From positions 47,004 to 111,003 of the forward strand of contig CAVRSU010000022.1 of NCBI GenBank assembly GCA_963723955.1: a stretch of 64,000 bases of DNA, read 5' to 3'. The notes below the pieces were generated by a model. It was not told the DNA's origin, ran no database searches, and saw only the letters and a program-made list of their open reading frames with translations. Below, in pieces: positions 1 through 10,306 of the stretch (its first letter is position 1; every line of letters begins with the position of its first letter). The translations under genes and the position numbers were made by a program. Source of the DNA: an uncultured delta proteobacterium. GTDB lineage: Bacteria > Myxococcota_A > Polyangia > Fen-1088.

Positions 1-117
1 CGTCGGCGAGCAGTTGAAGCTCTACGCGGAGAGTTGACCAGAATCTCCTCCGAGATCCTCGGAACGTAGGTCGTCAGTCAGCATCGCGTTCAGGCGGTGC
101 CATTGACCGAATTATCT

Positions 118-2595
118 TCACGGCAGGCAGCCCCGCATGCACGTCGTGCTGATGTTGCCCGAGCTATCCACGGTGATACCAACCGCACCGTCGCGATCCG
201 TGCGCATCACCACGATGCCCCGCTGCGCGTAGCGTGCAAGCGCGGCCGGGCTCGGCAAGCCGAAGCGATTGTATTTGCCCGCCGAGGCCACGGCTAGATT
301 CGGCGAGACGGCGTTGAGGAATGCCTCGCCCGATGCGTGGCGGCTGCCGTGATGGGGGATCTTCAGCACGTCGCAGGCCACATCCATGCCGGCGGCGCGA
401 CGGTCGAGCAGCTCCGCTTCGCCTTCCTCGCCAATGTCGCCCGAAAGCAAGATGCCTCGACCGGCGTAGTCCAAACGAAGCACCAGGGACGCATCGTTGG
501 TTCCAAGCCCAGGAGGCACGCCGATGCGGCCGTCCAGCCAGGGGCCAAGTGGTGTGAGGGTCAAGCCCCCTGATGTCATCGCCGACGGTGGTGGGGTGGA
601 CACATGGTTCTCGACGGCGAGGGCCATCAGTGCCCGATACTTGGGATTGTTGCCGTCGTCGCCGTTGGTCCACAGCATTCCCACCGGAAATCGTCTGAGA
701 ATGCGCAGGAGTCCGTTCATGTGGTCGGGATGGGGATGGGATAGAACGACCAAGTCCAACTTGGCGATTCCGCGCGCGCGCAGCACCGGCTCCACGATGC
801 GCGCACCGGTGTCGAAGCTGTCGTCATAGCGTCCACCTCCGTCGACGAGGGCCGCGAATCCGCCAGGCCCCTCGACCAAGGCAGCGTCACCTTGTCCCAC
901 GTCGAGGAAAGTCACGCGCAGGTCGTCCCGCGTGCGCCGGATGGCATCGCGCCAAAGCAGGCTGGTGCCAGCTAGGAGCAAGGCTGCGGCAGCGGCGACG
1001 AGCCAGCGCTTGTATGGACGCTTCCTGTCCACCAAGGCCTGCAGAAAGAACGCCGCCGCAGCCACGAGCAGAAGGCATTCGCACCAGTTCGGATAGCGAA
1101 CCAGCAGAACGGGCGCAAACCGCCGAAACACCCCAGCCAGCACAATGGCCAGCCGAGAGGCCAGCCCTGCCAGCATGATCGGCAGCGCGCCCAACCAGGG
1201 ATGCAAGAGCGCAAGCAGCGAGCCGACCAGCCCACATGGCAAAACCACCAGTTCCACCACGGGCACCAAAACCAGATTGCCGATGGGCGCGGCTGGGGTC
1301 ACTTCGCCGAAGTGATGGGCGACCAGCGGCGCGGTCACCAGGCTGGCGGCGAAGCTGGCCGACAGCGAGCGCAGCAACCAAGCCAGCGCGCGATTCGAAC
1401 GCCCCGACTTTGCCAAGGGACCACTTGGCAATAGCCAGCGAGCGAAGAGTCCAAGCCCGATGACCGAGGCGAACGAGAGCTGGAACGAGACATCGAGGAT
1501 GGCCAGGGGCGACTGCGCAAGAAGCACGATGGCCGCGGCAGCAATGCCAGCGGCGAGCGTGACCGGCCGATTAACGACCGCCGCGCCCAGCACCACGGAT
1601 GCCATGAGGGCAGAACGCATGGTGGCCACGGCCTCGCCGGTGAGCAAGGTGTAGAAGGCGCAGGCGGGCAACGACAGCGCCGAGGCGAGAACCTTGGGTG
1701 GTACTCGCAGGGACCAGGCAGGGAAGCAAGAGATGAGTCGCTTCAGGCCCTGGAACACCAGCGCCACGACCACCGCAAGATGGAGACCGGACACGGACAA
1801 GACGTGCGTGGCACCGGCCGCTCGAAAACCGTCCTCGACCTCGGCCGGCACATCCGTTCGCTCGCCGACGACCATGGTGCGAACGAAGCCGGCTGCTGGT
1901 TCCGACAAGCGATGATTGATCGCGCGGGCCATGGCCTGGCGCAGATGATAGGCCAAGCGCCTAGCATAGCCGAGCGGGCTCGACCGGCGGCCTGGAACCC
2001 GGTGCAGATCCGACGGCGTGCGAACCGTCGCGAGCAAGTCGATCCCCTGGCCCCGCGCCAGGAGCCGAGTATCCGGCAGCCCGGGATTGGCGAATCCCCT
2101 CGGCACATAGAGCCGACTCGAGAAGCGAACCCAATCGCCTGGAGCAAAGTCTGGCACGCCCTCGATCACCAACAACGACAGGGTAGCCGACACCTTCTTC
2201 TCCTCCACCGATTGCACCTCGATGCGCAGATGACAGCGGGTGGATGGCAGCGCATTGCCCTCGTTCCCGTTCGGGCTTTCGATTTCACTCGCTGCCCCAC
2301 GGGCTGCCGGCTGGTCGGCAACGTCGGCGCCCGCCATGACTTGCCCGAGGATCTCGACCGGTTTGTCTTCGACCACCTCGGCCGGCGCCCGGGCCCGGGC
2401 CGCTTCGCGCTGCCCGAGCCCAATGCCGCAAGCCACGAACACAAAGGCCAGCCCCAGGCTGCGCGCGCGGAGGCACACGAACGAGGCAGACGCCGCCAGG
2501 GCGATGCCCGCGAACACCCAGGCTTGCGGCGGTCCCGCGACGATGCCGGCCAGGATCCCAACGGCCAGCGACACGGCCCAGAATGCGAGTTGCAT
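118..2595 (-). CDS. comEC: DNA internalization-related competence protein ComEC/Rec2 (polytopic membrane domain plus C-terminal metallo-beta-lactamase fold)
   Basis: 825-aa ORF; many hydrophobic helices in the N-terminal two thirds; C-terminal VLSHPHPDHMNG and KIPHHGS motifs typical of the MBL domain of ComEC. Confidence 0.85.
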   Translation of the reverse strand: MQLAFWAVSLAVGILAGIVAGPPQAWVFAGIALAASASFVCLRARSLGLAFVFVACGIGLGQREAARARAPAEVVEDKPVEILGQVMAGADVADQPAARGAASEIESPNGNEGNALPSTRCHLRIEVQSVEEKKVSATLSLLVIEGVPDFAPGDWVRFSSRLYVPRGFANPGLPDTRLLARGQGIDLLATVRTPSDLHRVPGRRSSPLGYARRLAYHLRQAMARAINHRLSEPAAGFVRTMVVGERTDVPAEVEDGFRAAGATHVLSVSGLHLAVVVALVFQGLKRLISCFPAWSLRVPPKVLASALSLPACAFYTLLTGEAVATMRSALMASVVLGAAVVNRPVTLAAGIAAAAIVLLAQSPLAILDVSFQLSFASVIGLGLFARWLLPSGPLAKSGRSNRALAWLLRSLSASFAASLVTAPLVAHHFGEVTPAAPIGNLVLVPVVELVVLPCGLVGSLLALLHPWLGALPIMLAGLASRLAIVLAGVFRRFAPVLLVRYPNWCECLLLVAAAAFFLQALVDRKRPYKRWLVAAAAALLLAGTSLLWRDAIRRTRDDLRVTFLDVGQGDAALVEGPGGFAALVDGGGRYDDSFDTGARIVEPVLRARGIAKLDLVVLSHPHPDHMNGLLRILRRFPVGMLWTNGDDGNNPKYRALMALAVENHVSTPPPSAMTSGGLTLTPLGPWLDGRIGVPPGLGTNDASLVLRLDYAGRGILLSGDIGEEGEAELLDRRAAGMDVACDVLKIPHHGSRHASGEAFLNAVSPNLAVASAGKYNRFGLPSPAALARYAQRGIVVMRTDRDGAVGITVDSSGNISTTCMRGCLP

Positions 2596-2634
2596 ACTGG
2601 GATCTCGTCAAGCGGCCCTGAAAAGTTGTCTCTG

Positions 2635-2708
2635 TCGGGGCGAGAGGATTTGAACCTCCGGCCTTTCGGTCCCGAACCGAACGCGCTACCAGACTGCGCC
2701 ACGCCCCG
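2635..2708 (-). tRNA. tRNA-Pro (anticodon CGG)
   Basis: Reverse complement CGGGGCGTGGCGCAGTCTGGTAGCGCGTTCGGTTCGGGACCGAAAGGCCGGAGGTTCAAATCCTCTCGCCCCGA folds as a cloverleaf by hand: 7-bp acceptor, GCGC D-stem, TTCGG/CCGAA anticodon stem, loop TTCGGGA, T-loop TTCAAAT; CCA not encoded. Confidence 0.9.
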
Positions 2709-2822
2709 AGTTTTCACCTGCCAACAGGGTTTTCAGGCCGAAGCCCTAGACCCATCCCCGCCGTCAAGGCGGCGAAAGTTATCACGAACGGGTTCCGTCG
2801 CCACAAAAAAGTCCACCCAAGG

Positions 2823-3041
2823 TCAGCCATCACCGTCCTCGTCGTTCTCGTCCAGGAGGGATACCGATACGTCCTCGTCCTCGGTCTCCTCCGGAGTGGC
2901 GGCAATGCTGTAGCGACCGTCGAGCCAGCTGCCCAGGTCGATGGACCGGCAGCGGGCCGAGCAAAAGGGGCCGAAGGCCGGGGCGCCCTGGTGGACCGGC
3001 AGTTCGCGCTTGCAAATAGGACACTTGGAAGGGTCCGGCAT
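2823..3041 (-). CDS. yacG: DNA gyrase inhibitor YacG (zinc-ribbon)
   Basis: Internal ATG of the 124-aa ORF gives MPDPSKCPICKRE...FCSARCRSIDLGSW, the YacG CxxC...CxxxC zinc finger, followed by an acidic tail. Confidence 0.8.
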   Translation of the reverse strand: MPDPSKCPICKRELPVHQGAPAFGPFCSARCRSIDLGSWLDGRYSIAATPEETEDEDVSVSLLDENDEDGDG

Positions 3042-3112
3042 GATGGACGTTTTAGCACGCTGGATGGCACCCAAGGGCACCCAACGCGTCTGCCTCGTGC
3101 TACGGTTGCGCC

Positions 3113-5929
3113 GTGAAACCTGCAGTTGCCTGCTTCGTCCTTGCGACTCTCGCCGGATGCGCCGGAAGACTCGCTGGCCCATCGGGCAGGCAGGCACAAT
3201 CAGTGGATGCGGAAGGGAGCCCCAAGCGCGTGGTATTCAAACTCGACAATGGTTTAGAGGTAGTCCTCGAAGAAAATCACGCCGCGCCGGTCGTGGCCTT
3301 TCAAGCGTGGGTCAAGATCGGCTCCGCCGACGAGCCACCCGAACTGGCCGGCATCGCCCATGTGTTCGAGCACATGCTCTTCAAGGGTACGAAGAAACGT
3401 GGCGTGGGCCAGATTGCCCGCGAGGTCGAGAGCGCAGGTGGCGAGATCAACGCCTGGACCAGCCACGACGAAACCGTCTACCACCTGGTCCTGGCCAGCC
3501 GGTTCTTCGACACGGGCCTCGACATCCTGGCCGACACCTTGATGAATTCCAGCTTCGACGCTGGCGAGCTAGAGCGCGAGCGCAACGTTGTGCTCGAGGA
3601 GATCAAGCAGGGTATGGACGATCCCGAACGGCAGGCTGGTCTGGGTCTTTTCCAGTCCGTGTTCGATGTTCATCCCTATGGGCGCCCCATCATCGGCAAC
3701 GAGGCGACGGTGCGCAAGCTTCGCCGCGACGATATCCTGGCTTTCTTCGCCAAGCACTACGTGGCCAGCAACGTAACCCTGGTGGTAGTCGGAGACTTCG
3801 ACGCCGCGGCGGCCAAGGCGAAGATCGCGCAAGCCTTCGCACCCATGGCCCGCGGGGTTGCGGTGGGGCCGCGGCCACACCAACCCGAGCAAGCCGGACT
3901 GCGCGTGCGGGGCGCGGCCCGCGACGTCAAGGAAGCCCAGGTTCTGCTCGGCTTCCGCACGCCCGCCATCAATCATCCCGACATCGCGATTTTGGACCTA
4001 CTGGCGGTCCTGCTTGGGCAAGGCGACAGCTCGCGACTGAATCTCGAGGTCGTGCGCAACCGACAGCTTGCGACCAGCACGTCGGCATATCTGTTCTCGG
4101 CGCGGGATCCCGGTGCCCTGGTCATTGGGGTCGGCCTGCCGCCCGGTCGCATCGAGGACGCGGTCCGGGCCGTGCTGGACGAGGTCCTTGGCATGGCCTA
4201 CGAAGAGGTTCCTCCCGAGGAGCTGGCCAAGGCCAAGACCATCCTGGAAAGCGATCGCGTCTACGACAAAGAGACGGTCCAGGGCTACGCACGCAAGCTG
4301 GGATTCTTTTCCGCCATCGCTGGAGATCCCAATTTCGAGGAGCGCTACCTGGCGGCCCTGCAGAAAACCACCGCCTCTGACCTGCGCCGGGTGGCGAGCC
4401 AATACTTGCACACCTCCAACATGTCCATCTACGTCCAGGTGCCCGAAAAGCGGATGGGACTGCAACCCAACAAGACGGAAAAGTTCCTAGGGCGTGTGCG
4501 CACGGCCGCCGAAAACGCGGAAACGCGGGTGAGCGCGCGCTTTGCCCGCGCGGCGGCCTCGGCCCCCGACGCCGATCGCGTGATTCGATACGTATTTCCG
4601 TCGGGACTCAAGCTGCTCATCATGCGCGATACCTCGGTGCCGGTCGTTGCCCTGCGCGCGACGTGGGTGGGCGGTCTGCGCTACGAGGATGACCGATCCA
4701 ACGGTATCTCGAACATGCTGGCCGCTCTGCTCGTGCGCGGAACCAAGACTCGCAGCGCCGAGCAGATCATGAACGAGGTCGAGGGCATGGCTGGCGCCCT
4801 CACCGGATACTCAGGCCGCAACAGCCTTGGCGTGCAGGCCGAGTTTCTCTCCCGCTACTTCGAACGCGGCTTCGACCTGGTCGCGGATTGCATCCTCAAC
4901 GCCACCTTCTCCGAGGACGAGCTGGAAAAAGAGCGCCGCATCGTGCTCGACGACATCCACGCGCAGGAAGACAACCTGGGCCAGGTCGCGTTCAAGCTCT
5001 TTCACGCGACCATGTGGCAGAAGCATCCCTATCGCCTCGATCCGATGGGCACGGCCCAAACGGTCGCAAGCTTCACGCGCCGCAAGCTCATCAACTATTT
5101 CCGCCAGCGCTATAGCACGTCGAATCTGACCATCGCGGTGGTGGGCGACGTGGATCCTGCGCGGGTCAAGGCCAAGGTCGCGGCCCTCTTCGCCAACGTG
5201 GCGGAGCAAAACCTGGACAAGCCAGCCGTTCCAGTCGAACCCAACCGCACCGAGCCAGCCCAGGTCTTCAAGTTCATGTCGAAGGAGCAAGCCCACCTCG
5301 TGCTCGGCTTCCAGGGCGTAGGGTTCGCCAGTCAGGATCGCTTCCCGCTCGAGGTGCTGGCATACGTGCTTTCGGGGCAAGGCGGCCGGTTATTCACCGA
5401 GATCCGCGAGAAGCGCGCCCTTGCCTACCGGGTCAGCGCGTTCTCCGTCGAGGGACTCGATCCCGGTTACTTCGCTGTGTACCTCGCCAGCAGCCCGGAG
5501 AACCTCGATGAGGCGGTCAAGGTTGTGCGCCGCGAGCTACGCGAGGTAGCCGACAAGGGCATCACCGCCGACGAGTTGGCGCGTGCGCAGCGCTACTTGA
5601 TTGGTGTGCACGCCATCGGGCTGCAGCGCAAGAGCGCGTTGGCCGCAGCCCTGGCTTTCCACGAGGCCTACGGTCAGGGTTGGAAATCCTACCGACATTA
5701 TGGGGACAACATCATGAAAGTCACGGTCGCCGACGTCGCGCGAGCCGCGCGCAAATACCTAGACCCGCAACGGGAAGTTACCGCCGTGGTCAAGCCACCC
5801 GCGGAGTCGCCGGGGGTGGTTCGCGCCGCCGCGCGGGCCAGCCATTCGGGAATTCCCTTTCGCGCCGCGGATAGCCCCCCCACAGCCCCATCCCAATCTG
5901 GCAGCAAAGCCGAACCCGACTGGAAGTAG
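3113..5929 (+). CDS. M16 (pitrilysin/insulinase) family zinc peptidase, duplicated two-unit architecture, lipoprotein signal
   Basis: 938 aa; GTG start; signal MKPAVACFVLATLAGC (lipobox); HxxEH motif in AHVFEHMLFKGT; second M16-like half from about residue 480. Confidence 0.85.
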   Translation: MKPAVACFVLATLAGCAGRLAGPSGRQAQSVDAEGSPKRVVFKLDNGLEVVLEENHAAPVVAFQAWVKIGSADEPPELAGIAHVFEHMLFKGTKKRGVGQIAREVESAGGEINAWTSHDETVYHLVLASRFFDTGLDILADTLMNSSFDAGELERERNVVLEEIKQGMDDPERQAGLGLFQSVFDVHPYGRPIIGNEATVRKLRRDDILAFFAKHYVASNVTLVVVGDFDAAAAKAKIAQAFAPMARGVAVGPRPHQPEQAGLRVRGAARDVKEAQVLLGFRTPAINHPDIAILDLLAVLLGQGDSSRLNLEVVRNRQLATSTSAYLFSARDPGALVIGVGLPPGRIEDAVRAVLDEVLGMAYEEVPPEELAKAKTILESDRVYDKETVQGYARKLGFFSAIAGDPNFEERYLAALQKTTASDLRRVASQYLHTSNMSIYVQVPEKRMGLQPNKTEKFLGRVRTAAENAETRVSARFARAAASAPDADRVIRYVFPSGLKLLIMRDTSVPVVALRATWVGGLRYEDDRSNGISNMLAALLVRGTKTRSAEQIMNEVEGMAGALTGYSGRNSLGVQAEFLSRYFERGFDLVADCILNATFSEDELEKERRIVLDDIHAQEDNLGQVAFKLFHATMWQKHPYRLDPMGTAQTVASFTRRKLINYFRQRYSTSNLTIAVVGDVDPARVKAKVAALFANVAEQNLDKPAVPVEPNRTEPAQVFKFMSKEQAHLVLGFQGVGFASQDRFPLEVLAYVLSGQGGRLFTEIREKRALAYRVSAFSVEGLDPGYFAVYLASSPENLDEAVKVVRRELREVADKGITADELARAQRYLIGVHAIGLQRKSALAAALAFHEAYGQGWKSYRHYGDNIMKVTVADVARAARKYLDPQREVTAVVKPPAESPGVVRAAARASHSGIPFRAADSPPTAPSQSGSKAEPDWK

Positions 5930-5934
5930 TTCGC

Positions 5935-6645
5935 GTGCCTCCTGCCCAACAAGCCAGTCCCAGGAATCTTCTGACCAGCCTCATCCTGGTCTTTCCCTTG
6001 TTTCTCATCTACCAGGTCGGCGTGCTGTTCACCTTGCCCATGCTCAATGGGGCGGACTTCGTGACAACCTTCCTCTTCGCTTCACTGGGACTTACCCTCA
6101 AGGGTTACCTACTTTTCCTCGCCGCCGTGGTCGGAGTGTTCGCGCTTGCCCTCGCCCTGCTTAAGCGCAAGCAGCACTTCAACGGCAAGGTGTTCCTGCC
6201 GGTCCTTCTCGAAAGCATCATCTACGCCCTGACCATGGGATCGCTGATCGTGTTGCTGATGACGAAGGTGCTGGGATTCCCTCCAACCCTGGCCGTGGGC
6301 CTGCCCGAGCAGGGGCTCGTCACCCGACTCGTCATGTCGCTTGGCGCGGGGGTATACGAGGAAACCGTGTTCCGCTTGGGCCTCCTAGGCGGCAGCATCG
6401 CGGCTTTCGAAAAGCTGCTCGGCATGAGCCGTTGGGCCGCACTTCTCGGCGCGTTCGTCTTCTCGTCGGCGGTGTTCTCGTTCGTGCACTACCTGCCACC
6501 AACCGGTGACGCCTTCACTTTCGGCTCGTTTACTTTCCGGGTGCTGGCCGGGATCGTTTTCGGTGTTCTGTTCAAGTTGCGCGGATTCGCCGTCGCGGTC
6601 TACACGCACGCCTTCTACGACATCTTCGTTCTGGTCATCCGCTGA
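5935..6645 (+). CDS. CPBP family intramembrane glutamic endopeptidase (CAAX protease/Abi)
   Basis: 236-aa polytopic protein with EETVFR, FSFVH and HAFYD motifs (EExxxR, FxxxH, HxxxD). Confidence 0.8.
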   Translation: MPPAQQASPRNLLTSLILVFPLFLIYQVGVLFTLPMLNGADFVTTFLFASLGLTLKGYLLFLAAVVGVFALALALLKRKQHFNGKVFLPVLLESIIYALTMGSLIVLLMTKVLGFPPTLAVGLPEQGLVTRLVMSLGAGVYEETVFRLGLLGGSIAAFEKLLGMSRWAALLGAFVFSSAVFSFVHYLPPTGDAFTFGSFTFRVLAGIVFGVLFKLRGFAVAVYTHAFYDIFVLVIR

Positions 6646-6697
6646 GCCAACTGAGCAGCGGCGCGAGTTGCTCGTCGGCTGCCGGACGATAGTCGGC

Positions 6698-6812
6698 GCG
6701 GGAGATTGAAAGAACCTCCTGGGGCTCCTTCCCAGTCGCGTGGCAACGACGGGCTCCGACCGGCAGTACTCATCGCGGGGAATTGAAAGAACCCTCCCAG
6801 GGGTTCCTTCCT
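6698..6812. repeat. Two diverged copies of a REP-like palindromic element (6698-6733 and 6775-6812)
   Basis: GCGGGAGATTGAAAGAACCTCCTGGGGCTCCTTCCC and GCGGGGAATTGAAAGAACCCTCCCAGGGGTTCCTTCC, 77 nt apart, in a convergent intergenic region; core GAACCCTCCCAGGGGTTCC is shared with the other copies. Confidence 0.6.
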
Positions 6813-6821
6813 AGAACTCAA

Positions 6822-7652
6822 CTACTTGGATTTCTTCTTCGCTGCCTTCTTGGCGCCCGGCTTCTTCACAGCCGGCTTCTTCGCTGCCGGCTTCTTCACG
6901 ACAGGCTTCTTGGCTGCAGGCTTCTTGGCTGCAGGAGCCTTGGCTGGCGCGAGCTTCTTGGCCTCCGGCTTCTTTTCTGAGGCTTTTCTGTCTTCGGCCT
7001 TCTTGGCCGGCGCCTTGGTCGCCGTGGCTTTGGGCACCGCGGCAACCTTAGGCGTCGCTGCCATGGGTGCCACGGTGGCCTTGGGCGTCGCGACCGGCTT
7101 GCCAGCTTGCTTGGCGGACTGCTTCTCGATCGCCTTCGCCGTCCCCTTGCCTGTCCCCTTCGCAGGAACGGCTGTGGAGGGCAAGCCGTCGTCTTCCCTG
7201 CCGACCGGGGAGCCAGGAATGTCCTTCCGGTTGTGCACGAGGATCCGCCGGGCGTCCGAGAAGGTGATCTCCACCTTGCTTTCGGAAACCACTTCGGACA
7301 CGTAGCCCTTGCCAAACTTCGGGTGAAAAACGATGGCGTTCTCCCGATAGGTGTCGCGAAACTCATAGGGCTTGGGATTTCGCTCGCCATGCTTGGCGAA
7401 GAACTCCTCCCAGGTCAGCTTCTTGAGCAACGCCCGCTTGCGCGCAGCCACAGGCTCGGGCATGTCCTCCTCAGCCTCGCCCCGAGGCTTGCGGAAGGAG
7501 TGCACGTCCCCGCAGGGATTGCACTGAACGCGACGAATCTCGTCTTCGTATTTGGAGATGACAACGTGGGTCGTGTCGGCCTTGCACTTAGGGCAGTACG
7601 CCTCTACGTCAGACCCTACCTCGTCGACATCATCCTCGAACATGAAGTCCAT
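6822..7652 (-). CDS. Zinc-ribbon protein with central HPKFGKG (DUF3553-like) segment and lysine/alanine/proline-rich histone-H1-like C-terminal tail
   Basis: CPKCK...CNPCG zinc ribbon; FHPKFGKGYVSEV motif; tail PAAKKPAAKKPVVKKPAAKKPAVKKPGAKKAAKKKSK; start taken at ATG 7652 (MDFMFEDD), the ORF extends to 7691. Confidence 0.6.
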   Translation of the reverse strand: MDFMFEDDVDEVGSDVEAYCPKCKADTTHVVISKYEDEIRRVQCNPCGDVHSFRKPRGEAEEDMPEPVAARKRALLKKLTWEEFFAKHGERNPKPYEFRDTYRENAIVFHPKFGKGYVSEVVSESKVEITFSDARRILVHNRKDIPGSPVGREDDGLPSTAVPAKGTGKGTAKAIEKQSAKQAGKPVATPKATVAPMAATPKVAAVPKATATKAPAKKAEDRKASEKKPEAKKLAPAKAPAAKKPAAKKPVVKKPAAKKPAVKKPGAKKAAKKKSK

Positions 7653-7744
7653 GGTTGTGCCCCGGTTCTCTATGATTTCGCCTAGTAACACGTTAGCTTC
7701 GGACCTGCAACAAATCCGAGTGTTCGTTCAGACTCGGCTTGCGT

Positions 7745-7850
7745 TCAAAATCTAATCCATTTCAAATGATGCTTAATATACATACATTATTACATATATT
7801 TATAAACCATAACTCATTTTAAACTTAAACAATGAGTTTCTCTCAATCCG
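7745..7850. promoter_or_regulatory. Extremely AT-rich divergent intergenic island (about 21% GC over 7751-7840) between the H1-like gene and pyrK
   Basis: Hand base count; contains 8-bp inverted repeat AACTCATT-N12-AATGAGTT (7811-7838). Confidence 0.4.
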
Positions 7851-7901
7851 ACCGTGGCGCAAAGCCAGTCGAAAGGTGTAAAAGGGACTCCAAACCAACA
7901 A

Positions 7902-8731
7902 ATGCGCTATTTTGACGCAAGAATCATCGAGAATCGCGCGCTGGGCAATGGCTACTTCGTGCTCAGACTGGGCGGATGTGACTCGCTCGCCCAAAGCCGG
8001 CCTGGTCAATTCATAATGCTTCGCGGCGACTGGGGGCGCGATCCTCTACTGCCGCGGCCCGTCTCGCTGCTCTCGGTTGCCCCTGAAGGTCGCGCCGACC
8101 TCTTGGCCAAGTCCGTTGGTAGAGGGACTCGCTTGCTGGAAGGGGCCTTGCCAGGAACGCGGGTGTCGGTTCTTGGCCCGCTTGGAAATGGTTTTCCGGA
8201 TCCAACGCCCGACAGTGTGGATCTGCTCGTTGCGGGCGGGGTGGGCATGCCGCCGCTTTTCATGCAAGCGGAGCACGCCGCGCGGCGCGGATTGGTTGGC
8301 CGCTGCGAGATGATCTACGGAGGCCGGACTTCGCGCGACTTGGTCCTGCTGGGCGAAATGCGTGGGATGGGCCTGGCCACATGCTTGGCCACCGAAGACG
8401 GCTCGGTCGGCCGCAGAGGACGCGTGACCTCGGCGCTGGAGGCACGCATCGATTACCATCGCACGGCCAATCGCCAGCGAAAGGCTGCGCATTTTTGCCT
8501 GCGGACCGCGCGAGATGCTGTGGGCTGTGGCGCGAATCGCGGAGCCGCACGGGATCGAATGCTACCTCTCCATGGAGGAGCAGATGGCGTGCGGGATTGG
8601 CGTGTGTCTGGGGTGCGCGATTCCGGCCCGCTCGCGGCCATTTCGCTACGTGTGCAGCGACGGGCCTGTGTTCATGGCCTCGGACCTGATTATCCCGACT
8701 GCGCGCCGGTCATGTGGCGGAAGGGGCAAGT

Positions 8732-8735
<4 letters not shown>
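7902..8735 (+). CDS. pyrK: Dihydroorotate dehydrogenase electron-transfer subunit PyrK, frame disrupted (two shifts)
   Basis: N-terminal FAD/NAD domain in frame 0; IFACGPREMLWAVARIAEPHGIECYLSMEEQMACGIGVCLGCA (2Fe-2S motif) lies in frame +1 (about 8480-8690); frame 0 stop TGA forms an ATGA overlap with the pyrD start at 8732. Confidence 0.75.
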
Positions 8736-10164
<1,429 letters not shown>

Positions 10165-10170
10165 TAAGAT

Positions 10171-10245
10171 GGGAACCCTGGGAGGGTTCCCAAACCCTCC
10201 GGCGCTCTGGCTCCGCCGGGCTAGGCCCGGCTTCGCCTACGCGAC
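10171..10245. repeat. REP/BIME-like mosaic element: palindrome A (GGGAACCCTGGGAGGGTTCCC) plus 48-nt module B
   Basis: Module B CTCCGGCGCTCTGGCTCCGCCGGGCTAGGCCCGGCTTCGCCTACGCGA is 42/48 identical to the reverse complement of 41509-41556. Confidence 0.65.
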
Positions 10246-10306
10246 TGGCAACTTTCCAACGTAACCAAAATGCACCGCGCGATCCGCGCAGAAGGGAAAC
10301 CGCACT

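Noticed and set aside
1-117. Partial ORFs at the left window edge
   Set aside because: Two plus-strand frames end at 35-37 and 64-66. They are too short to identify or to choose between, so no feature is reported.
6698-6812. Possible CRISPR array formed by the repeated palindromes (also considered for 41468-42896 and 61474-61735)
   Set aside because: Only two copies per locus, imperfect repeats, irregular spacing, no cas genes, and the repeats are dispersed in both orientations. This fits REP/BIME-type elements.
10165-10306. Sigma-54 promoter or NtrC sites upstream of glnA
   Set aside because: TGGCAACTTTCCAAC lacks the -12 TTGC element, and TGCACC has no symmetric partner. Most of the spacer is the REP element.
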